A stretch of DNA of 64,000 nt from Mobula hypostoma. Its lineage: Eukaryota. Position 1 is the stretch's first letter. Each line of letters opens with the position of its first letter. The notes below the pieces were generated by a model. It saw only the letters and a program-made list of their open reading frames with translations, was not told the origin of the DNA and made no database searches. Location of the stretch: assembly GCF_963921235.1 (NCBI RefSeq), contig NC_086097.1, positions 32,242,001 to 32,306,000 of the forward strand, written 5' to 3'. Of the stretch, positions 12,670 to 25,915 are shown piece after piece. The position numbers and the translations under genes are program-made.

Positions 12670-13875
12670 AATTACACTGTGGGAATCGCGCCAGCACCTG
12701 GTGACCTTGTGATCTCGGTCTCAGAAATGACATCAGAACATCTTTCAAGAGGGTGAACCCTTGCATTGTATCAGGCCTTAATGGTGTGCCCGGTAGGGCA
12801 CTGAAAACCTGTGGCGACCCACCATGCCATGACTGTGTAGCTCGACACGGATCAAACACCGTCCATGAATTTGCTGATGCCACAACTCTTGTTGGCAGAG
12901 TTTCAGACGATGATGGGGAGGAGTACAGGAGTGAGATAGACCAGCTGGTTGAGTTGTATCGCAGCACCAACCTTGCGCTCAATGTCAGTGTAACACACCG
13001 TAAGGTTTCACTGCTAAGGCTAATGCAATGGCTTCTATGTAATGTTTCACTGCTAATGTAATGGCTTCTCTGCAGCAGCAATGTTTGGGTTGTGACTAGA
13101 GATAACGGGGCTTTGGAATGTATGTTATCCAACGGGAGAAATGTTGTTCTTTCTTGTGAGTCTGGAAGAGAGATTTTCACGGTCTTTCACTGGGGAGCAA
13201 TGGAGATAGAGGACGCGAATGGAGAACGTCGCAAGACCACCGGACGGAGTGGACTGAGGAGTGAGGGTCCGAAGGACGGCGATGCTTGGAGATCGACGGG
13301 AACAGATGAACAAACAGTGAGCTCCAACGATGCGCAATAGACTTCTTCCTTAAAATGGGCCCTTTTACTTTTTATTTTCTTTACTAACCCCACAGTCAGA
13401 TTAAGATTTATAAAGTTCAATCATTTAACTGCATACGGTGTACTGTCTGATATTTTGCGGTGCGGATTTGTAACCAGGCAACACATCACGCAGCATCCAC
13501 ACAGACGAGATTTCTCAGTTTGGCTGGGCCAGAAGTTGTTTTCCCCTAGACGAACAACGTGCTGGCCGAACCTGAGGGTTATATCGGTAAGACCAGAGAA
13601 CGGATTGTGGACTTTAGGACGGGGAAGTTGGGTGAACACACACTAGACCTCATTGAGGGGTCAGCAGGGGAAAGGGTGAACAGTTTCATCTTCCTGGGTG
13701 TCAACATCTCTGAAGATCTACCCTGGGTCCAACATACTGATGCAATTACAAAGGTGGCACACCAGTTGCTATATTTCATTAGGAGTTGGTATGTCACCAA
13801 AGACTCTCGCAGTTTTCTACAGATGTACTGTGGAGAGCATTCTAACTGGTTACATCACCATTTGGTGTGGTGGGG
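12670..13875 (+). mobile_element. Older deleted Rex1-type LINE fragment hosting a solo LTR
   Basis: FADAT, LALNVS and FLGVNISEDL remnants on both sides of the insertion. Confidence 0.8.
12989..13583. mobile_element. Solo LTR, probably Gypsy-type
   Basis: tgtaac...gttata termini; 4-bp TSD tcag/tcgg; host LINE resumes exactly at taagacc. Confidence 0.75.
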
Positions 13876-14235
13876 CTTGGGATGCTCTGTAAAACTCCAC
13901 CCTCAACCTACAGATCCAAAGGAAGGATTTCCAGCCACATGACTTCTCCCAGTGTCCTGACCAACGTCCCTCCCTCAGACAGTCCCACGAAAATCACTTC
14001 TCTTTCTATGATGTTCTCCTTCCCTCGGGGTGGAGGTGTCTCTTGAGGGGCCACAAGATGGGTCCTTCCTCCTGTTTGCCCCAACCCCATTAAAGTACTT
14101 GTGTTAGCTCCCCCTGTTGAGGAAGGCCTCTCTTCCCCACTGGTAATGGTCAGGCGTCCGTGGTGTCCCAGGGCATTGAAGAGGCACTGGCTGAGGGCAA
14201 ACCAGATTAGGTGGACCTTGCCAAGCCTCCATTAC

Positions 14236-14373
14236 CTGTTTCTCCATGGCCATGGTCGGGATGGACGCTGGGGTGGTCTCAAACCTTTCCTCAGTCTGTG
14301 ACAGGTCGCCTCCGGGATCCCGCTGACCTCCACTCATCTGGTCCAGCTCCTTCCACAATGCCGATTCCAGCAC
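14236..14373 (-). CDS. SYNE2-like: Exon VLESALWKELDQMSGGQRD...MAMEKQ (3' boundary uncertain)
   Basis: Start resembles recalled VMESSILNKMEHV; CAG|gtaatg donor. Confidence 0.7.
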
Positions 14374-15335
14374 CTAGGTCGGGGCAAGGAGCTGTGGTTA
14401 AAGGTCAAAGTTCAGAGCATTCTGTTGCTGGGTTACATCCTGACCTACTCAAGGCCACAATGGAAGGACCCCTTGCACCCCAAACCACAGCTCACGGGCC
14501 GCATGGAGCCTAGTTTTGGCCAATGCTGATTCCCAGGGTGTTGCCACCAGAAATCATGTACGTGCTGACGGGAGTCACGTATCAACCAGGCGGGGGAATG
14601 ACAGCAAGTTCCCTCCCTTGAACAACAATGGGCAAGTTAGTTTTCACCACAATCTGGCTGTTCCTGGCCCCATTCCTACTTTTATAGAACATTACAGCTC
14701 AGTTGTGCCAACCTTTTAACCAAATCACCCCTTTCCTCCAGTTTTCTTTCATCCATGTGTCTATCTAAGAGCGTCTTAAATGTCCCTGATGTATCCGCGT
14801 CTACCATCACCTCAGAAGAGCGTTCCACACACCAATCATTCTGTGTAAAAAAAAAATCAACTCTGACATCCCCCCTATACTTTCCTCCAATCACCTTAAA
14901 ATTAGACCCCCTCATATTAGCCATCTCCACCCTGGGGAAACAGTCTCTGGCTGTCTGTTCTATCAAGGCCTCTTATCATTTTGTACATCTCTATCAAGTC
15001 ACTTCTCATATTGCTTCACTCCAGAGCAAAGCCCTAGCTCGCTCAAGCTACCCTCATACGATGTGCACAAAGTGCTGGTGTCTGTCCTCCCCGTGGGATG
15101 CGTGGGTTTCCTCCAGGCGCTCTGGTTTCCTCCCACAGTCTAAAGACATACCAATTGGTAGGTTAGCTAGTCACTGTAAATTGCCCCGTGGTTAGGCTAA
15201 TCAGGGGTTGCTGGGGCGGCGTGATCTCGAAGGGCCAGAAGGACCTACTCCACACTGTCTCCCTCTAAATAAAAAATAAAAATCTTAGGTCAGGTAGCAT
15301 CGAAGGAGAGGAATAAACAGATTGATGAAGGGTCT

Positions 15336-16028
15336 TGTTCATCAGTCACTGAAAGTAAGCATGCAGGTACAGCAGGCAGTGAAGAAAGCTAATAGCATGT
15401 TGGCCTTCATAACAAGGGGAGTTGAGTATAGGAGCAAAGAGGTCCTTCTGCAGTTGTACAGGGCCCTGGTGAGACCACACCTGGAGTATTGTGTACAGTT
15501 TTGGTCTCCAAATTTGAGGAGGACATTCTTGCTATTGAGAGAGTGCAGCGGAGGTTCACGAGGTTAGTTCCCGGGATGGCGGGACTGTCATATGTTGAAA
15601 GATTGGAGAGACTGGGCTTGTATACACTGGAATTTAGAAGGATGAATGGGGACCTGATTGAAACATATAAGATTATTAAGGGATTGGACACGCTGGAGGC
15701 AGGAAACATGTTCCTGATGTTGGGGGAGTCCAGAACCAGAGGCCACAATTTGAGAATAAGGGGTAGGCCATTTAGAACGGAGCTGAGGAAAAGCTTTTTC
15801 ACCCAGAGAGTTGTGGATCTGTGGAATGCTCTGCCTCAGAAGGCAGTGGAGGCCAATTCTCTGGATGCTTTCAAGAAAGAGTTAGATAGCGCTCTTAATG
15901 ATAGCGGAGTCAAGGGATATGGGGAGAAGGCAGGAACAGGGTACTGATTGTGGATGATCAGCCATGATCACAATGAATGGCGGTGCTGACTCGAAGGGTG
16001 GAATGGCCTACTCCTGCACCTATTGTCT
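15336..16028 (+). mobile_element. Young CR1 3' fragment inserted into a palindromic Penelope-derived element; close sister copy at ~46815-47250
   Basis: LVRPHLEYCVQFWSP...FFTQRVVDLWNALP; host halves flank it. Confidence 0.9.
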
Positions 16029-17772
16029 AAAACATCGACTGCTTATTCCTTTCCATGAATGCTGCCTGACCTGCTGTTCCTCCAGCACTTCGCACTCGTT
16101 ACTTTGGATTTCCAGCATCTGCAGAATCTCTTGTGTTTTTCATTAAAACATGCTCTCTAATCCAAGCAGCATCCTGGTAAATCTCCTTTGGATCCTCTCT
16201 AATGACTTCACGTCCCTCCTACAATAATGTGACCAAAATTAAACACAATAGTCCAAGTGTGCATTACCTCACAGCTCTTGAACTCAATCACCCGACTAAT
16301 AAAGGCCAACACATCATACACATTCTTAACCACCCTACCAACTTCTGGCCTTCTATGGTCACGTTTTTAAACAATTCTGAAATTCTGGGATTTGGAAATT
16401 CAGTTCCCCAAATAGCTCTAAAGCCCCCCACACCCCCAAACCACAGACTCCTTGTATTGCAAGCCAAAGACACCCCCCCCCACAAAGCTGATGCCCATAC
16501 ACAAACCCAAAGATCGTAAATCCAAGATCCCTGGACCCAATCTCTACACTGGGTCCCATATCCAAACTTCCTGACCCATCAACTCAGACCAAAGACCCCA
16601 GACTCATGACCTGAGTCCCCTCCTAAACAGTTGTCCCTGAGACAGACAGAGTCCTTGTAGTTTTCAATTCACTGTTGTAATGACCTGTGTGAACAGTATG
16701 CAAAGCTCAAAGTTCAAACTAAATCTAATATCAAATTACATGTACGTTACCATATTTTACCTTGAGATTCGCTTCCTTACAGGGTTTTACAGGAAAAAAT
16801 ATGAAATACAATATACATAAACAAAGACTGACGAACAACCAATGTGCAAAAGACAAACTTTATAAAAAAATCTTTGAGAACATGAGCTGTAGAGTTTTGA
16901 AAGTGTTGAAAGTGAGTCTGTAGGCTGCAGAGTTGTGGCAATTTAAGTTATCCACACCAGTTCAGTAGCTTGAAGACAAGCTTTTCCCTTCACTCTTACA
17001 CCACCCTCCATTTTCCTTTCATCCACGTACCTATCTGCAGTAAGAGACTCTTAATGAATCTGTCTCTGTCACCACATCTGGCAGTTGTTCCCTGCACCCA
17101 CCACCCTCTGTGTTAAACACATCAGTAACTATACACTAAAGTTATATTTTTATTTCCTTTACAAGGACGGGGAATAAATGCAATCATGCCTGCTGCCTTG
17201 ATAACCCCAGCAAGTAAAACAGTTTACTGTACATAACTCTGCCACCTCCCCACCTTTGTATTCAGTTCCCCAAACAGTAAACAATAGCACTTCCGTAACG
17301 ACTCACTGTACCCACGCTCCGGCCGTTTGCAAATCACGTTCTACAACATCCTGATCCTCTGTGTCACAGAGCTCAACCATCTCTATTTCAATAAATCGCT
17401 TACGAAATTAGCACACAGAACTCAGAACAGCATTGGGACATAAAAAAGTGCAGCTTCTGAGGCCCACTTAGCATGCCCACAACTTACAAACATCTTTAGA
17501 ACATGGGAGGAAACCAGGTCACCCAGAGGAAACCTACATGGTCACGGGGAGAACATAGAAACTCCTTACAGTCACGGGAACTGAACCCCGATCTCACAGC
17601 TGTAGCTGTAATAGCGTTATGCTACCGTGCCAACCCACCATGGCCGACCGTTCCACAGAACATACAATCAACGCCCCATGCCAATTCAGAGTGAAACCTT
17701 GCTACTCCCTCTCCCACCCAGCCACCCGTCTGGCAGAAGGGTGCCCTGTTGCTACAGAGACCCCTCCCTTAC

Positions 17773-17874
17773 CTGTAACTCAAGCGGCACCTCCTCCCAC
17801 TCCAGCAGTTTCTGGATCCTCAATGCCTTCTCATGGAAGGTGCGGACCTGCTGTTCCCGTGCCCGAGCCTGGTC
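17773..17874 (-). CDS. SYNE2-like: Rod exon DQARAREQQVRTFHEKALRIQKLLEWEEVPLELQ
   Basis: 102 nt, phase 0-0, CAG|gtaagg; ends in PLELQ as in recalled nesprin-2. Confidence 0.9.
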
Positions 17875-18019
17875 CTGCAGGGAGAGTGACACGGGACAAT
17901 CAAGCAGACAAAGGCGACCAAAGGTCCAGCAAACCCTCTCAGTCCGAAGCTGCAGGCCAGCCCCAGATATAGGCAGCCCAGCACTGACCGAAGTTTAAAG
18001 ACTAGCTTTATTTGTCACA

Positions 18020-18580
18020 GGTGTCTATGCCTGGTCAGACCCCACTTGGAATACTATGCTCAGTTCTGGTCGCCTCACTACAGGAAGGATGTGGAAGCCA
18101 TAGAAAGGCTGCAGAGGAGATTTACAAGGATGTTGCCTGGATTAGGGAGTATGCCTTATGAAAACAGGTTGAGTGAACTCGGCCTTTTCTCCTTGGAGCG
18201 AAGGAGGACAAGAGGTGAACTGATAGAGGTGTATAAGATGAGAGGCATTGATCATGTGGATAGTCAGAGGCTTTTTCCCAGGGCTGAAATGGTTGCCACA
18301 AGAGGACACAGGTTTAAGGTGCTGGGGAGTAGGTACAGAGGAGATGTCAGGGTTAAATTTTTTTTACACAGAGAGTGGTGAGAGCGTGGAATGGGCTGCC
18401 GGCAACGGTGGTGGAGGTGGATACGATAGAGTCTTTTAAGAGACTTTTAAATAGGTACATGGAGCTTAGAAAAATAGAGGGCTATGGGTAAGCCTAATAA
18501 TTTCTAAGGTAGGGACATGTTCAGCATGGCACAGCTTTGTGGGCAGAAGGGCCTGTATTGTGCTGTAGGTTTTCTATGTT
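18020..18580 (+). mobile_element. CR1 3' fragment nested in a V-SINE; same family at 63540-64000(-)
   Basis: EYYAQFWSPHYRKD; tail ttctatgtttct. Confidence 0.88.
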
Positions 18581-21500
18581 TCTACATCAAAACATCGAAA
18601 CATACAGTGAAGTGTGTCGTTTTTGTCAATGACCAACACTGTCCAAGGATGTGCTGGGGGCAGCCCACAAGTGTCAGCATGCTTTCAGCACCAATATAGC
18701 ATGCCCACAGCTCACTAACCCTGACCTATGGTGTCTTTGAAATGTGGGAGGAAACCAGATCACCCAGCGGAAACCCAGACGGTCGTGAGGAGAACGTAGA
18801 AACTCCTTACAGACAGCGACAGGAATTGACCCTCAATGTTACAGCTGGTGGTGCAAAGTGTTATACTAACCACAATGCTACTGTGCCACAGTGACTGGTG
18901 GAAACACGCAGCTTGAGACCGAGAACAATATTTGGATGAAGACTGGAAAAACTCTCAAGGCAGGGTCCAACAATTCCTGAGGTTTTGATGGTGGTAAAGT
19001 ACATGGAAATATCTGGGAATGCCTCCTTTTATTTATCAAAGGCTGGCGGAAGTGGCTATTCAGTTCTCGCGGCTTCATTATAGGAAGGATGTGGTGGAGA
19101 GGGTGCAGAGGAGATTTACCAGGATGCTGCCTGGATTGGAGAGCAGTCTTAGGAGGAGAGGTTGAGTGAGCTCGAACTTTTCTCTTTGGAGTGAAGGAAG
19201 ATGAGAGAGGTGACTTGATCATCTCGTACAAGATGATAAGAGGCACAAATAGAGTGGAGAGAGACTTTTTCCCAGGGCAGAAATGGCCAATACGAGAGGA
19301 CAAATTTTAAGGTGATTGGAAGAAAGTATAAGGGGGGGAATGTCAGAGGTAATTTCTTTCCCACACTGAGAGTGGTGAGTGTGTCAGTGGAGCATCCTGC
19401 CAGGAATAGTGATAGAGGGGGATACATTAGGGACATTTAAGAGACTATCAGAGAGGCTCATGGATGAAAGAAAAATGGAGGGTTATGTGGGAGGGAAGAG
19501 TTAGGTTGAAGGGTCAGCACAACCTCATAAGCTGAAGGGCCTGTACTGTTCTACATTCTAATGCTGGTACTGTATACAATATTGGCTAGACTGAGCACTG
19601 AGTACAGCTCTGATCACTGCACACAGAGAGGACGTGACTGCACCAGAAAAGGGGCAGAGGAGAGTCACAAGGTTGGAAAACTGTGACTGAGGGAAGACTG
19701 GAGAGTTTGGGGTTGCTTTCTTTGGGGTCCAGAAGGCTGAGGAGAGATGACACTCATCCAGGTGGGGTGTTCAGTGCAGCTTCAACAGGCAATGCCTCAA
19801 GAAGGTGGTATCTGTCATTAAGGACCCTCAGCATCCAGAACATGTTCATCAAACACAGAACAGTACAGGCCCTTCCGTGCACAATATCGTGTTGATCTCT
19901 TAACCCATTCTAAGATCAACCTGACCCTTCCCTCCCACAGAGCCCTCCATTTTTCTATCATCCATGTGCTTATCCAACAGTCTCTTAAATGCCCCTAACG
20001 TATCTGTCTCTGCCCCCACCCCCGGCAGTACACTCCACACACCCATCACTCTATAAAGTTATAAGAGTACTAGATAGGGTGGACACTTGGTGTCTCTTCC
20101 CCAGGGTACTTGCCTGCTTATGAACCCATGAACACCACCTCACTATTTGCTCTCTTTTTACACTACTTATTTATGTGTTTATATATTTCTTAAATGCAGC
20201 ATGATTTTTTAAAGTAATGCACTGCACTGCTACCACAAAACAAAGTTCACAACATATCTCAGAGATAATAGGCCCGATTCTGATTCAGAGGGGGTGTAAA
20301 AGGGCATCATGGGGCTACAGACCACCTGAGTGAGTGGGACGGAGGGAGTTTGGCAGGTGGGATGTGAGGTCATCACTCTGGTACACAAAATGATAAAGCA
20401 GGGAAATTCAAGGGGAGAAAAGCAGAATTAAGGTTTCTGATCACGAACTACAGCAGTTGGGAAAGAGGGAATATTTGACTTGATTTAACCTGCGGAGAGA
20501 ATGGGACAGGGACGGACAGAACAAAAGGAACATCCATGACAAGGTTGAGGACAAGGTTGCCATGGGGATAAGCTGCTGAGGTCATCTGGTCAGTAATTTA
20601 TTGTTGTGGGAGGGGGGTGTTAATGAAGGAAGCTGCCGACTGAGGCCAGTCAGAGTGGGAGTACAAAAGATTTAAATGGTGGAAAGGCAGGTGGGACACA
20701 AGTGTTTCTGTTTTTCCTTCCAGTTCTCACGAACCCTGATGCTGCCTGGTTAGTTCTCACAGAGGCAGGGCATGTCGAGCTCGCCACTACACCTGGCTAG
20801 GGGGAATGAGCCTGTACTTTACCTGATGTAGAGAAATAAATTACAACATACCTGTAAGCTCAGTCTGCTGTGCCTAAACCTGCAGTACTAGTTCGGGAAG
20901 GTTCAGATTCTTGGCCTTGCCTCTTATACTGGGCTCCCTCTCTGAACCTCTCCCACACCCTAGTTTGGGCCTCTCCATTTCTCTCTCTCCCCATCTATCC
21001 CTCTCTGTTGCTCTCAGTCAATCCCTTGTTCTCTGTCATACACACTCTTTTCCACCTGCTCACCTGATGTCTCCCTCTCTATCTTTCTCAGAATCAGAAT
21101 CTCAAGTCAAAATAAATTTTCTTATCAAATTATTTATCTGTCACTTCCTTGAGATTCATTTTCTTGAAGGCATTTGCAAGAAAATAAAGAAATACATCAT
21201 TTACAAGAAAATATATATAACAAAGACAGACAAACAACCAGTTAGCAAAAAAAGACAAACTGCGCAAATTTTTTAAAAATTAAATTGAAAGGTTAAATAA
21301 AAAATACTGAGAACGTGGGTTGTAGAGTCCTTGAAAGTAAGTCTATGGGTTGGGGAGTCAGTTCAGATTTGTGGCGAGTGAAGTTATCCAAATTGGTTCA
21401 GACACCTGCTGGTTGCAGGGCTGTTCTCTCTTCCTGAACCTCTCCCTCAGTCCCACCCCTTCCCCAATTCCTCTGTCCTTCATTTGCTCCCCGTCTCTGG

Positions 21501-22632
21501 TACAGAAGGACAGACAGACCAACAAGCACAGGAAAGTGCCCCAGGTGCTCTGTTGGGGGAGGGGGGGTGTGGCAGCACATTACTGTCCTACCTTCTCAGG
21601 ATGTCTGGTCGGTCCCTACCTCCCGTACAGGTGGACTGCACCACGCCCTGCCTGGGATGTGGAGATGCCAGACTGTCTGACGGTTAGTAAAGTGAAAGTA
21701 AATTCTAACAGTGGTATGTGGGGAGGAGATTACACCACCATCTATTTCCTAACCAAACACACACTCTGCTTTGTGAAAGCTGGAGGAAGAGGGTTGGATG
21801 ATTAACGTAACTTAACTCTTTCGGTGCTGGATGCCTTTTGGAACTTCTGCAGATTCTGGGTTTGATTCTTCCCACAGATGTCCAATCTAACCCTGCACAG
21901 GGAGGGATGGTACTAAGGGAGGGATGGTACTGAGGGAGGGGCGGTACTGAGGGAGGGTCACACTGTGGGTGGGGTGGTGTTCACTATTCACAGAGGAGTT
22001 GAGGATCTCCCTGTACCCAGAATTCTTTACTTAATCCAAACCCAAAACTGCCAAACCACACTTTGTCTCCTTCATCCTGTGACTGGGATCCTGCTGTTCA
22101 CATTGGTCACCACCCCCTCCGTCCAACACGAGCAGCCCTCAGAGTGAGGCCTCTGACCAGGCCAGTTGCATGTGACCATCTCTTCAGCCACACCTGGCCG
22201 AGCACACAGAGAGTTGTCTCCACCCCTCCATGGGCTCTGTCTACACTTCTCACTGCCTCAGTAAAGCAGCCAACGTAATCAAAGGCCCCACACACCCCAG
22301 ACGTCCTCACTTCTCTCCTCTCCCATTGGGCAGAAGGTGAAAGCATGTCCCAACAGGCTCAAGGGCATCTCCTACCGGGCTGTTATGAGACTATTAAATG
22401 GTCTTCTGGTCTGCTGAGCTGGACTCTTGACCTCACAATCAACCTCGTCCCGTCCAAGGTCTTGCACCTTACCGTCTGCCAGCACTGCACTTTCTCTGTA
22501 ACTGTAATACTTTAATCTGCATTCTGTTATTGCTTCCCCTTGTATTGCCTCAATGTACTATTGTAACAAAACACTATATCCAGAAGGCATGCCAAACAAA
22601 GTTCCTGTCGTGACAACACTAAACCAACTTAC

Positions 22633-22803
22633 CGCACTCCCCCCATCCAGCGGCACTGGCCCCCGCTGGCTCACACTCTCTCCCAGCGGATCCTCCCTCC
22701 ACAGCACTCGCTCTCCCGTCCTCTTGCCACACTTGGTGAGACTGTCCCACAGGCTCAGAGCCTGCTGCAGGCTGCAGCCATATTTCTCCAACCTCTCCGT
22801 CAC
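22633..22803 (-). CDS. SYNE2-like: Rod exon VTERLEKYGCSLQQALSLWDSLTKCG...DGGSA
   Basis: 171 nt, phase 0-0, |gtaagt; L..AL.LW spectrin boundary. Confidence 0.88.
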
Positions 22804-23880
22804 CTGCCGAGAAACACGGGCTCATTGCGAGGCGACAGCACGGCGCGAATACAGGTGTTCACACATGGCACATATGTGGAGCAGCTCAGTTACAGGGAAA
22901 GGTTGGATAGGTTAGTCTTCATTCCCTAGAACATAGAAGGCTGAGGGGAGCTTTGATGGACCTATACAAAATTATGAAGAGTATAGACAGCGTAAACGCT
23001 TTTTGCACTGAGGTTGGTTGAGACTAAAACTAGATTGAGGGTGAAAGGGGAACTATTTAAGGGAACCTGATGGGGACTTCTTCACTCAGAGGGTAGAATG
23101 AGCTGCCAGTGAAAGTGGTGGATGTGGATTTGATGGTAAAAGTTAAGAGAAGTTTGAACAAGTACAGGGATGGGAGGGGTGTGGAGGATAATGCTCCAGG
23201 TGCAAGTAGATGGGACTAGGCAGAAGACCAGATTGACATGGGCTAGATGGACTGAATGGCCTGTTTCCATGCTGTAGAGCTCTATGATTCTGTCAACATG
23301 GAGCACAGGGTGATAAACACGGGTGTCCATCCAGGACATGCACATAGAACATATGTGCATACCGGCAACACAGAACAAACACATGTAGCATCAGCACAGA
23401 CCATCAACATGTTCGGCACACAACGTTCCATGACCTGGGAGAAGATGGACCAAGGGTGAGTTGATAGAAGATTAAGGACTAGCTTTATTTGTCACATATA
23501 CATCAAAACATACAATGAAGTCTACCATTTGTGTCAACGACTAAGACAGTCCGAGGATGTGCTGGGGGCAGCCCCCAAGTGTCGCTATAGCTCCGGCGCC
23601 AACACAGCATGCCCACAACTTACTAACCCTAATCCGTGTGTCCTCGGAATGTGGGAGGAAACTGGAGCACCTGGGAGCTCGCATGGTCATGGGGAGATTG
23701 TACAGACAGCAGCAGGAATTGAACCCTGATCACTGATTCCTGGCACCGTAAATCGTTACGGTAACCGCTACACCATCGTGTCACCACCCCCCACCCTCCC
23801 CACTCCGTTACCATGGAAGAATCCGGAACATGGTAGGGAGCCGTCATGAAACACCAGCTCCTCATCCTGAGGGCACTTAC

Positions 23881-24039
23881 GTCCAGCCACTGATCCACCA
23901 GGTTTTCCGCTTCTCCCTGGAAAGGCAGGGACTCTGATTCCGTGATCCTACGCAGGTTGGACTGCAGACGCCAGCAGATGTTCCTCAGTTTGTCCAGCAG
24001 CTCCTGCTTATCACTGAGATCCTGTCTGGTATCATCAAC
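23881..24039 (-). CDS. SYNE2-like: Rod exon VDDTRQDLSDKQELLDKLRNICWRLQ...PFQGEAENLVDQWLD
   Basis: 159 nt, phase 0-0, |gtaagt; resembles recalled PFEKEANIIVDRWLD. Confidence 0.92.
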
Positions 24040-24194
24040 CTGTTGATGCAATGGAGGAGTGATCAACACTCCAGTCCCCACAGGAGTCAGCCACAGGCCA
24101 GGCAGCAGCACAGCCATCATTCAGCCCAGTCACTCCGTGCTAGCATGTCACAGGGTACTTGTGGAAGGTTTCAGCACTAGAAGTCTTCAGTAAG

Positions 24195-25305
24195 GCAGTA
24201 CTGAGGTGAGGGTCTCACTGTGGGAGGGGAGGTACTGTAGGAGGTTCTCACTGAGGGATGGGCAGTACTGAGGGGTCTCTCTGAGGGAGGGGTGGTACTG
24301 AGGGGAGGTTCTCATGAGGGATGGGCAATACTGAGGGGCGGGTGGTACTGAGGGAGAGTCACACTGTGGGGGGGTGGTACTGAGGGAGGGTCACACTGTG
24401 GGAGAGATGGTTCTGAGGGAGGGTCACACTGTGGGAGGGGTGTTACTGAGGGAGGGGTGTTACTGAGGGAGGGTCACACTGAGGGATGGGTGGTACTGAG
24501 GGAGGGTCACACTGTGGGGGGGTGGTACTGAGGGAGGGTCACATTGTGGTAGGGGTGGTACTGAGCAAGGGTCACACTGTGGGGGGGGTGGTACTGAGGG
24601 AAGGTCACACTGTGAGAGGTGTTACTGAGGGAGGGTCACACTGTGGGAGGGGAGGTACTGAGGGAGGGTCACACTGTGGGAGGGGAGGTACTGAGGGAGG
24701 GTCACACTGTGGGGGGGTGGTACTGAGGGAGGGTCACACTGTGGGAGAGGTGTTACTGAGGGAGGGTCACACTGTGGGGGGGTGGTACTGAGGGAAGGTC
24801 ACACTGTGAGAGGTGTTACTGAGGGAGGGTCACACTGTGGGAGGGGAGGTACTGAGGGAGGGTCACACTGTGGGAGGGGAGGTACTGAGGGAGGGTCACA
24901 CTGTGGGGGGGTGGTACTGAGGGAGGGTCACACTGTGGGAGAGGTGTTACTGAGGGAGGGTCACACTGTGGGAGGGGAGGTACTGAGGGAGGGTCACACT
25001 GTGGGTGGGGAGGTATTGAGGGAGGGTCACACTGTGGGAGGGGAGGTACTGAGGGAGGGTCACACTGTAGGAAGGAGTGGTACTGAGGGAGGGTCACACT
25101 GTGGGAGGGGTGGTACTGAGGGAGGGTCACACTGTGGGAGGGGTGGTTCTGAGGGAGGGTCACACTGTGGGAGGGGTGGTTCTGAGGGAGGGTCACACTG
25201 TAGGAAGGAGTGGTACTGAGGGAGGGTCACACTGTGGGAGAGGAGGTACTGAGGGAGGGTCACACTGTGGGAGAGGAGGTACTGAGGGAGGGTCACACTG
25301 TGGGA
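24195..25305. repeat. G-rich ~34-bp minisatellite (ggtactgagggagggtcacactgtgggagggg), ~30 units; short relative at 21900-21980
   Basis: Tandem units read directly. Confidence 0.95.
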
Positions 25306-25494
25306 GAAGCAGTGTTTTGGGTTCGGTCTGCATACAGCAAGTCATTGAGAAATACCCATTGAAGGAATGCTAGAAATGGATAAGCAATCATCCCACCCTC
25401 CCCAAAGGCATTCATCCAGACAAACAACATTTCAGTGCACTGGAGCTGTTCCTCTGCTCAGATTACAAGGCCCCGAGCTGTCACCCATACTTAC

Positions 25495-25645
25495 ATCTCT
25501 CATTAGCTGCTGGAGCTTTTCTTTCGTCATGTAAGACGAGTGTCGTGGAGTCAGATTCTTGCCCTTCTCTATGGTGGACAGCAAATCCTTCTTGTGATTT
25601 TGGAACTCTCTCAGGAAGTCCACCAACAGAGAGCACTGCTCCTGC
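25495..25645 (-). CDS. SYNE2-like: Rod exon (W)QEQCSLLVDFLREFQNHKKDLLSTIEKG...SYMTKEKLQQLMRD
   Basis: 151 nt, phase 2-0, |gtaagt; resembles recalled LEQCGRVLELLKQYQNFK...SYMGKENL. Confidence 0.92.
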
Positions 25646-25734
25646 CTGGAGACACAAAGGGGCTGCGTTGCGGCACTGAACAACAGGCTGCCCTTCACAA
25701 AACAAAGTCTTTTGCTGAGTGTTAAGAGAGTGTT

Positions 25735-25915
25735 GTGATCTGAAGTCCAGATCAAAGTCGGAAAGATGATTGGAAGTCTGGATCAAAGCGCAAAGGTTAA
25801 TCGGAAGTCAAAATCAAAGCCCAAGGTCAGAGGTCTGGATCAAAGCGCAAAGGTTAATCGGAAGTCAAAATCAAAGCCCAAGGTCAGAGGTCTGGATCAA
25901 AGATTGATCATAAAT
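25735..25915. repeat. 59-bp direct tandem duplication (gtctggatcaaagcgcaaaggttaatcggaagtcaaaatcaaagcccaaggtcagag)
   Basis: Two identical copies plus degenerate flanks. Confidence 0.8.

Noticed and set aside
24486..25373. Repetitive ORFs (VVLREGHTVGG / GGTEGGSHCG), and ORFs in the 44-bp and 28-bp arrays
   Set aside because: By-products of tandem periodicity; no splice or homology support.
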